Shown: one piece after another, positions 1 to 9,200 of the stretch | Layout: each line of letters opens with the position of its first letter | How positions within the stretch are numbered: the first letter of the stretch is position 1 | Notes under the pieces: generated by a model | What the model was told of the DNA's origin: nothing | The model's input: only the letters and a program-made list of their open reading frames with translations | The model's database searches: none | Position numbers and translations under genes: made by a program | From: an uncultured Candidatus Saccharibacteria bacterium | GTDB lineage: Bacteria > Patescibacteriota > Minisyncoccia > Phycocordibacterales > JACOZG01 | Direction: 5' to 3' | Assembly: GCA_965230925.1 (NCBI GenBank) | Contig: OZ246403.1 | Location: 3,367 to 67,366, forward strand | DNA length: 64,000 nt

Positions 1-75
1 GCGCCGAGTGCTCACTCCTTGCGTTTGTTGGTGGAAGATCCGGGTTTTGAAATCTTTACTTTTACCTTCGGCTAA
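1..75 (+). CDS. 3' end of a DipZ-like (thioredoxin/cytochrome c biogenesis) protein, partial
   Basis: Frame 1 reads APSAHSLRLLVEDPGFEIFTFTFG*. The terminal H-x-L-x-L...PG...FTFG pattern is characteristic of the DipZ C-terminal domain. Confidence 0.6.
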   Translation, partial: APSAHSLRLLVEDPGFEIFTFTFG

Positions 76-98
76 CGTTTAATAGGCGAGTTTGGTAC

Positions 99-181
99 GG
101 GCGCGTGGCGGAACTGGTATACGCGTACGCTTCAGAAGCGTATGGCCTCTGGCCTTGAGAGTTCAAGTCTCTCCGCGCCCA
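99..181 (+). tRNA. tRNA-Leu(CAG), CCA end not encoded
   Basis: Acceptor stem GGGCGCG/CGCGCCC plus discriminator A; D-loop TGGTA; anticodon stem TACGC/GCGTA with loop TT-CAG-AA; long variable arm GGCC-TCT-GGCC; T-loop GTTCAAGTC. Confidence 0.95.
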
Positions 182-198
182 CTTTTTTCTCGGTTTTC

Positions 199-240
199 TG
201 TGGATAAAGCCAATTTTTTCTGATCTATAAGTGATATAAT
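199..240 (+). promoter_or_regulatory. Perfect DnaA-type box (TGTGGATAA, 199-207) and extended -10 promoter (TGATATAAT, 232-240) for the giant fibre gene
   Basis: Direct motif match. TATAAT ends 7 nt before the GTG start at 248, which suggests a leaderless mRNA. Confidence 0.65.
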
Positions 241-247
241 TTTCTAC

Positions 248-3200
248 GTGAGAAAATCACGCCTTTTTCTGTATCTCGTTATCTTTTCTTTTATTTTTTC
301 TAGTATTTTCCCGACCGCTTTGGCCCAAGGCGTACCTACGGTTATCAGCTATCAAGGTCGTCTCGCTGATTCAAGTGGCAACCTTCTCGGTGGTTCCGGT
401 ACTACTTACTATTTCAAGTTTTCGATTTGGGATAATGCCACCGTTGGTTCTGGCTCCCAGCTTTACCCCAGTAGTTCACCAAGCTCGGTTTCTGCCACGG
501 TGCGGCAAGGTGTTTTTACTACGAGCATTGATGTTTCCGGATACAATTTTAATCGAGAAGATGCGGTTTATCTCCAAGTTGAAGCTTCGTCAGATAATTC
601 CACTTTCCAAACCTTAAGCCCACGCCAGCGTGTCACGGCCTCGGCTTTCGCTGAGCTCGCTGGCGCTGTTTCTGGTACCGGTTCTTCATCCTTTGGTACC
701 ACCACACCCATTACCAATTCTCAAGTGACCGTGGAGGCTACAACCACGACGGCTATTCCGCTCGCGCTTCGTGGCGCCTCTGGCCAAACAGCCAATCTTT
801 TTCAAATTCAAAACGCTTCTGCCTCCAATCTCTTTTATGTTAATTCAAGTGGCGCGGTATTTGCTTCTTCTACTTTGCAAGTTGCAGCAACCACTACAAT
901 TTACAGTGACTTGGTTCTTTCTGGGACGACTAAGTTTAATGGCAATACTTACACCTGGCCGAGTTCAATTGGTGCTGGTAATTTTCTTCAAACTGATGCA
1001 AGTGGTAATTTAACCTGGGCCTCGACTGGTGCTTCAGCTGGTGGTTGGACGGATGGGGGAACCACGGTAAGCCCGACGGCGTCTACAGACTTAATTTCAT
1101 TTACTCAGGGTTCTAGTACTATGTTTTCTGTTTTAGAGAACGCTTATTTTGGACGGACCGCTACAAGTACTTTTGATTCTGCTGGAAACTTGAACCTAGC
1201 TTCGACGGGAGAATATTATATTGGTGGAACGAATGTCCTTGATGCTACCACCCTCGGTTCCTCTGTTCTTGCCTCTTCCTTAACTTCTGTTGGCACTCTT
1301 TCTTCTTTAGCTGTTTCCGGTCTCTCCACCCTAACTGGCGGAATTTTCACCAACAACGCAACTTCAACTATCACCAATCTAACCACCGTCAACGCCACCT
1401 CTACCAATGCCACAACAACAAGACTTGCGATTACTGGTCTTGCTACTCCAGCGGGAACTTTTTTGGCTGTTAATCCAAATGGTCAGGTTATTGCCACAAC
1501 TACGCCGAGTGGTTCCGGCTCTGTTTCATCTGTATCCAACGCCAACGGTACTCTCACTATCTCGCCAACTACCGGTGCCGTGGTTGCTTCCCTCAATCTC
1601 GGCAACGCCAACACTTGGACGGCCCTCCAGTCTTTCTCCAGTGCCTCCTCCTCTCTCTTCTCCAACACTGGCACGGCATACTTTGGAGGAACGGCCACCT
1701 CCACATTCAACTCCGCTGGCGCTCTAACCCTCGCTTCAGCTCTCGCTGTAACCTCAGGTGGTACAGGTGCTACAAGTTTAGACAACCTGATTACTCTCGG
1801 CACTCACACCACTGGTAACTATCTTGCCACTCTTACCAATGCTGGCGGTCTTACCGTCGCTAACTCTGGATCAGAAACGGCTGGTGTCACTATTGCGATC
1901 GACACCGCTAATCCCAACACCTGGACCGGCCTCCAACAATTCACCGCCGCTTCCACCACCAGACTTTCGGTTTATGGGCCAAGTTATTTTGGTGGAACGG
2001 CGACGAGTACTTTTGACACCGCTGGTAATCTCAACCTTGCTTCTGGTGCCGCCTACTCAATTAATGGCACTAGCGTCTTAAACGCCAATACTCTTGGCAG
2101 TGGTATTACCGCTTCTTCCCTTACCAGCCTTGGTACACTTTCCAGTCTCTCCGCCTCCGGCCTCTCCACCCTAACCGGCGGAATTCTCGCGAACAACAGC
2201 ACTTCCACCATCACTAACCTCACAATGGTGAACAGCACCAGTACCAATGCCACTACTACCAACCTAGCAATCTCTGGTCTCGCTACTGCCGCCGGCACCT
2301 TCCTCGCCGTTAACCCCAATGGTCAAGTGATTGCGACCACCACTCCCACTTCTGGCATTATCACGATTGAAGAAAACAACAGCACGGTCACCTCAAGTGC
2401 CACCGTCATCGACTTCCTCGGTGCCGACTTTACGGTCACCGGTGCTTCTGGTGAAGGTGATGTCGCCATTGATTACGCCAACTCTGGTATTACCAGAGTT
2501 GGTCAGAATGAAACTGTCACTGGTAGCTGGACTTTATCTGGTCTTACCACCATGGCCCGAGCCTCCTCCTCTCTCTTCTCCAACACTGGCACGGCATACT
2601 TTGGAGGAACGGCGACTAGCACCTTCGACTCCGCTGGTATTCTCACCCTCATCAACAGTGGTCTCCATGTCTTCGACACCAATGCCAGCCACGATCTGAT
2701 CATCACTCCCGGTTCCGACTTAACCGCTGACCGCATTCTGACCATTACGACCGGTGACTCGGCTCGGACACTCACCTTAACCGGTGACACCTCTCTCACT
2801 GGCACCAACAGTGGCGACGTCACCCTCGCTGGTACGCCTGACTACATCACTATCTCTGGCCAAGTGATCACCAGAGGCACCATCGATATCGGCGATGACA
2901 CCAACTTAGCCGCCACCTATCCACTCATTCTCACCGGTGACACTCTTTCTTCTGCTCTAGCTACCACCTCAAGCAATACTTGGGCGGGGACACAAACTTT
3001 CAATGACATCGTGGTTACCGATGCTACCACCACCAGCTTCACCGTGGGCACCGATTACCTCACTGATATCACTGGTGGTGGCCTTACTCTCTCGGCTAAT
3101 GCTCTCACTGTCGATGATGTTACTCCTACCATGCTCCAAAGTGCTGACTTCGGGGATTTCACTTGCAATGGGACTAGCTGCGCTTTGGACTCTGACTCCA

Positions 3201-6200
3201 TTACTCTCGCCACCGACACCACCGGTAACTATGTTGCTACCCTCTCTTCTTCTGGTTCCATCACTGTCGCTAACTCAGGTTCAGAAAATGCTGCTGTTAC
3301 TGCTAATCTCAATATGGGCAACGCCAACACCTGGACGGCCCTTCAGTCCTTCTCCAATGCTTCCTCTTCTCTCTTCTCCAACACGGGTACGGCATACTTT
3401 GGTGGAACGGCTACCTCCAGCTTCTCTTCCACTGGAGCTCTAACCCTCGCTTCAGCCCTCGGCATCGCGAGTGGTGGTACCAACAACACTTCGTTCTCAA
3501 ATAACTCACTTCTTTTTTATAACGGCACTTCCATTGTTTCTACCTCGACGAGTCCGCTCTATGTTGGAGCAATTGTGGCCACTTCAACAACCGCGACAAC
3601 CACAATTTCTACTGGCGGTCTTGCCGTGGCGACCAACAAGTTAGTGGTACAACAAACTTCCGGCAACGTTGGTATTGGTACAGCCTCGCCCACAACGGGT
3701 CTTGATGTCGATGTGGCGAGCGACTTTTCGGGTGACGTGACCGTTTCTGGCGGCAGCACTCTCACCATTTCTTCTACCGGAGCGATTAATCAAACTGGTT
3801 CTGGTCAAGTGACTTTTGCGGGCAATGTGGATGCGACTAACGGCCTTGATGTGACCAATGCCAATTTTACCGTTGGTGGTAATAAACTCACCGTTGCTCC
3901 GGCCACAGGAAATACTGCGGTTGCGGGAACCATCGCCGTGACCGGTGCCGCAGCTGCTTCTTCCACTCTCCAAGTTACTGGAGCCACGCGACTTTATTCC
4001 ACTCTTACCACCGATGGCGCGCTTACGGCTTCCGCGGCTGGTACTGGTTTGAGTGTCACCAATAACGCCTCAGTCGGCGGTACTCTCGCGGTTACAGGCG
4101 CTGCCACTCTCTCAAATAATCTTGCGGTTACTGGCACATTAAGCGCCGCCGCCACCACGCTTTCTGGTAATTTGGCCATGGGCAGCAATCGCATTACCGG
4201 TCTGGCTAATCCTTCTTCCGACAATGATGCGGCCAATAAAACGTATGTTGACTCTATTGCGCAAGGTCTCTCTCTTAAGGACTCGGTGCGGGTGGGGACT
4301 ACGGCTAATATTACGCTCTCGGGTGAGCAGACGATTGACGGTGTGTCAGTGGTGGCGGGTAATCGGGTTTTGGTGAAGAATCAGAGCACCGCTTCGCAAA
4401 ACGGTATTTATACCGCGGCTTCTGGTGCTTGGTCGCGCTCTACCGATGCCGATGAGAGCAGTGAGGTCACGGCAGGTATGTTCACCTTCATTACTGAGGG
4501 TTCAACCAACGCCAATTCCGGTTGGGTGCTTACCACCACGGGAACAATTACTCTCGGTTCTACCTCTCTTTCCTTTACCCAGTTCTCTGGCGCCGGAAGT
4601 ATTATTGCTGGTACTGGTATGACGAAGAGCGGCAACACCCTTGATGTGGCGGGTACTACCGATCGGATTACAGCTAATGCTGACTCGATTGATATTGCTT
4701 CTACCTATGTGGGTCAAGCTTCTATCACGACCACTGGTGCGCTTAGTTCTGGTTCCATTGGTTCGTCTTTCGGTGCGATTGATATTGGGGCCGATGCGCT
4801 TACGGCCGGAGCGATTTCTGGTACCAATGTTTCAGCCTCTGGAAACTTGGCGATTACTGGCACTAGTGCCTTCACGGGTAATGTGACAATGTCTGGAACC
4901 TTGGCTGTGGCTACGACCACTCTTTCTGGAGACATTGTGATGAGTGGCAAGAAAATTACCGGCCTTGCTGATCCAAGCTCAGCTCAAGAGGCCGCCACCA
5001 AGGCTTATGTGGATTCCGTGGCCCAAGGTCTTACGGTTAAGGAAGCCGCTCGAGGCGCTTCCACCGCCAACCTCACTCTCTCGGGAGAGCAAACAGTAGA
5101 CGGCGTAGCTCTCGTGGCGGGTGACCGTATTTTGGTCAAGAATCAAAGTACTGGATCACAAAACGGTATTTATGTTGTTGCTTCTGGTGCTTGGTCACGC
5201 TCAAGTGATGCGAATGAAAACGGTGAGATCGCTTCGGGAATGTACGTCTTCGTCTCGAGCGGCACCACTCAAGCCAATACTGGTTGGTCGCTTACGACCA
5301 CGGGTTCAATTACGATTGACTCCACCTCGCTTGCCTTCACTCAATTCTCTGGTTCTACCGACATTACGGCGGGTGCTGGTCTGACGAAAACGGGTACAAC
5401 CATTGATATTGTTGGTACGGCCAACCGGATTACGGTTGCGGCCGATGCTATCGATATCGCCGCCACTTATGTTGGTCAGAGTTCAATTACCACAACCGGC
5501 GCACTCGTTTCTGGTTCCATCGCCTCCGGTTTCGGCAATATTAATATCGGCGCTTCAACTTTGGCGGCCGGGGAATCCACCTTCGCGACCACCACCTCTT
5601 TTGGTGATGTGGCTATTGGTCGCACGGCTACCACCACGATTAAGGGTAACTCTGCCACCTCCACCTTTAGCGGGGGAATTAGTTTAGCGGCCGGTAATTT
5701 AAATCTCGCAACCGGTGGCAGTTATCTCATCAATAATATCAATATTTTAAACGCTACAACTCTCGGCTCATCAGTGGTTTCTTCTTCTCTAACTGGCGTA
5801 GGGACACTTGCCTCTGGTGCTATCTCGGCCGGCTTCGGCGCTATTGATATCGGTGCCGATACTCTAGCCGCTGGTGCAACCACCCTCACCACTCTATCTG
5901 CCTCCGGCCTCTCCACTCTAACCGGAGGAATTCTCGCCAACAATGCGACAAGTACCATTACTAATCTAACGATGGTGAATGCAACAACAACCTCCGCCAC
6001 CACCACCAACTTCGCCATCTCTGGCCTTGCTACGGCTGCCGGCACTCTCCTTGCTGTTGATCCAAATGGTCGCGTTGTTGCCACCTCCACTCCTCAAGGT
6101 ACTGTTACCTCCGTCTCCAACTCCAACGGCACTCTCACCATCAGTCCCACCACTGGAGCAGTGGTTGCTTCGCTGAACTTAGGTAATGCTAATACTTGGA

Positions 6201-9200
6201 CGGCGCTGCAAACCTTCTCCTCTGGTCTCCTTTCTACCTCAAGTTCTACGATTACCAGTTTGACGATGGTAAACAGTACGAGCACCAGTGCCACCACCAC
6301 CAATCTCGCCATCTCTGGCCTTGCTACTGCGGCCGGCACCTTCCTCGCGGTTAACCCCAATGGCCAGGTGATTGCGACGACCACTCCCACTTCCGGTATC
6401 ATCACGATCGAAGAAAACAACAGCACCGTTACATCAAGCGCTACCGTCATCGACTTCCTCGGTGCTGACTTCACCGTTACCGGTGCTTCTGGTGAAGGAG
6501 ACATTGCCATTGATTATGCCAACTCCGGTATTACGCGAGTCGGTCAGAATGAAACTGTGACCGGTGCTTGGACTTTCTCTGGCCTTTCCTCTTTCGCTCG
6601 AGCCTCCTCCACCCTGTTCTCCAACACTGGCACAGCATATTTCGGTGGGACGGCCACCTCCACATTCGATTCATCTGGCGTTCTCACTCTAGTTAACTCC
6701 GGCCTCCACCTCTTCGATACCAACAGTTCCCACGATCTCATCATCACCCCTGGCTCCGACTTAACCGCTGACCGGATTCTCACCATCACCACTGGTGACT
6801 CGGCCCGCACTCTTACCTTAACCGGCGACACCTCACTCACTGGCACCAACACTGGTGATGTCACTCTTGCTGGTACTCCTGATTACATCACTATCTCTGG
6901 CCAAGTGATCACTAGAAACACCATCGACATTGGCGATGACACCAACCTTGCTGCCACCTATCCTCTCATCTTAACTGGCGATACTCTGTCTTCCGCTCTT
7001 GCCACCACCTCAAGCAATACCTGGGCTGGTACTCAAACCTTCAACGATATCGTGGTTACCGATGCCACCACCACCAGCTTAACTGTCGGTACTGACTATC
7101 TGACCGATATCACGGGCGGAGGTCTTACTCTTTCTGGTAATGCTCTAACCGTTGACGATGTTACTCCCACCATGCTCCAAAGTGCTGACTTTGGCGATTT
7201 CACTTGCAATGGCACCACTTGTAGTTTAGACAATGATACGGTAGCGGAAGCCGAGCTTGATCTCTCGGCTGTTACCCTCAACGACTTCACCAATGATGCT
7301 GGGTTTGTCACCACCAGTGGCGCCAATACTTGGACCAGTCTACAACAATTTGCCCGGGCTTCATCCACCATGCTTTCCGTTTATGGCCCCGCCTATTTCG
7401 GTGCGACGGCGACAAGTAGTTTCGACACGGCGGGCAATCTCAATCTTGCGAGTGGAGCGGCGTATTCTATTGCTGGAGCAAGCGTTTTGAACGCGACGAC
7501 ACTTGGTTCTAATGTTGTAGCATCTTCACTCACTTCTGTCGGTGCTCTCAATGGCGGCTCCATTACTTCTGGTTTCGGAGCAATTGATATTGGAACAGAC
7601 GGATTTACTGGTGGTAATTTAACCTTATCGGCCACCGGCACCGCCATTTCTCTGGGGGTCGGTAGCACCACCCCTTGGGGTCGCTTCTCGGTAGAACTGG
7701 ATACTTATAACCCAGCGATGGTGGTGGCCAATCAAGGGTCATCATCACCTGCTTTTTACATTGGTGGTGTAAATCAGAACGGTAGGATTGGTATTGGAAC
7801 CAAAACACCGAATGACATGCTAGAAGTGAGTGGTAATATTGCTCTAACTGATGATGGCACAGCTAAAACCATTGGGATTTATCAGGGTTCTTTTGGTACT
7901 GATTTAACCGTTAGGGCAAGTGATAGTGGTGATATTACTGCGGGACATTTAAACTTAACTGCCGGTTCAGCTGGTGGTGGCACCGGCGGTAATGTAAACA
8001 TCACCTCTGGTAATGGGTTTGCTGGTTCTGACGGTAGTATCAACTTAAGTGCTCCTACCACCGGTGGAGCAGTAAACATTGTTGGTCAGATTATGAATAT
8101 TGGTTCGGCGGGAGTTAAGATTACCGCTGATGGTGACGGGGCCCTCACGCTTCTTGGTCTTGGTGACGGAAGTGATGAAAACCTAGTAATCAACTTCGAT
8201 GATACTGCGAACGAGATAGATATCACCTCAAGTACTGGGGTCACTCGCGTAGATTACAACTCCTTAATTATTGAATCGGGAGCACTACAAGTTGACACTG
8301 CCGCCACTGGTGTAAACATTGATACTGACGGCGACGGCATGCTCATTCTTCTTGGTACTTCCACCGGCGCTGATGAAGACCTTCGCATTAACCTCGACGA
8401 TACAGCAAACGTGATCGAGTTTACTTCCACCACCGGTGCGACAGAAGCTCGATTTAGCTCTATTGGTTTGTTGTCTACAGCCTCATCTACCATTGGTGCC
8501 GGTGGAGTGACAACAGGTCTTACTGTTAGCGGTACAGCCACGACTACTCTCGATGTGGTGGTGCTTGGTCAAGACATTCAACTTGGTTCCGCTGGTGTTA
8601 AGATGACTGATGACGGCGATGGAGCCATTACTTTCCTCGGTCTTGGTAATGGTAATGACGAGAGTCTTACCCTTAACCTCGATGACACTTCTAATCAAGC
8701 CGTTTGGACCACGGGCACCAGCATTAGTCTCTGGGATCTCCAGAGTATGGGTCTCAATGCTCTTGAGCTTTCGGTTGGTACCACTTCACCTTGGGGTGAT
8801 CTCTCGGTTGAGATGGACACCGACAGCCCATCATTTGTGGTGGCAAACCAAGGTTCTACCACCCCCGCCTTCTTCATTGGTGGCGTAAACGCTAACGGGA
8901 AAATTGGTATTGGTACCGCAAGCCCTAGCGCAATTCTTGATATCACCGGGGATGTTGTTCAGACTTTCACGGGAACTACGGGAGATGCTCATACCATCAC
9001 GGCTTCTTCTCTGACCACAGGTTCAGCTCTGGTGCTTACTGGGCCTTCGGCAACTGATGAGGGTGTAGACGATGCACTTCTTAAGCTCGTGGGTAATGTG
9101 GAAAACGTTGCTAGCGGTGGGGGGCTCTTTAGTAGCACGGCAACCCTAGAAACCAATAGCGGTACGGTAGGTAATAACGTTTATGTGTCCACGGTAAATT

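Noticed and set aside
126-142. TCA in the anticodon loop, suggesting tRNA-Sec or an opal suppressor
   Set aside because: The 5-bp stem TACGC/GCGTA closes the 7-nt loop TT-CAG-AA, so the anticodon is CAG (Leu). The acceptor stem is the normal 7 bp.
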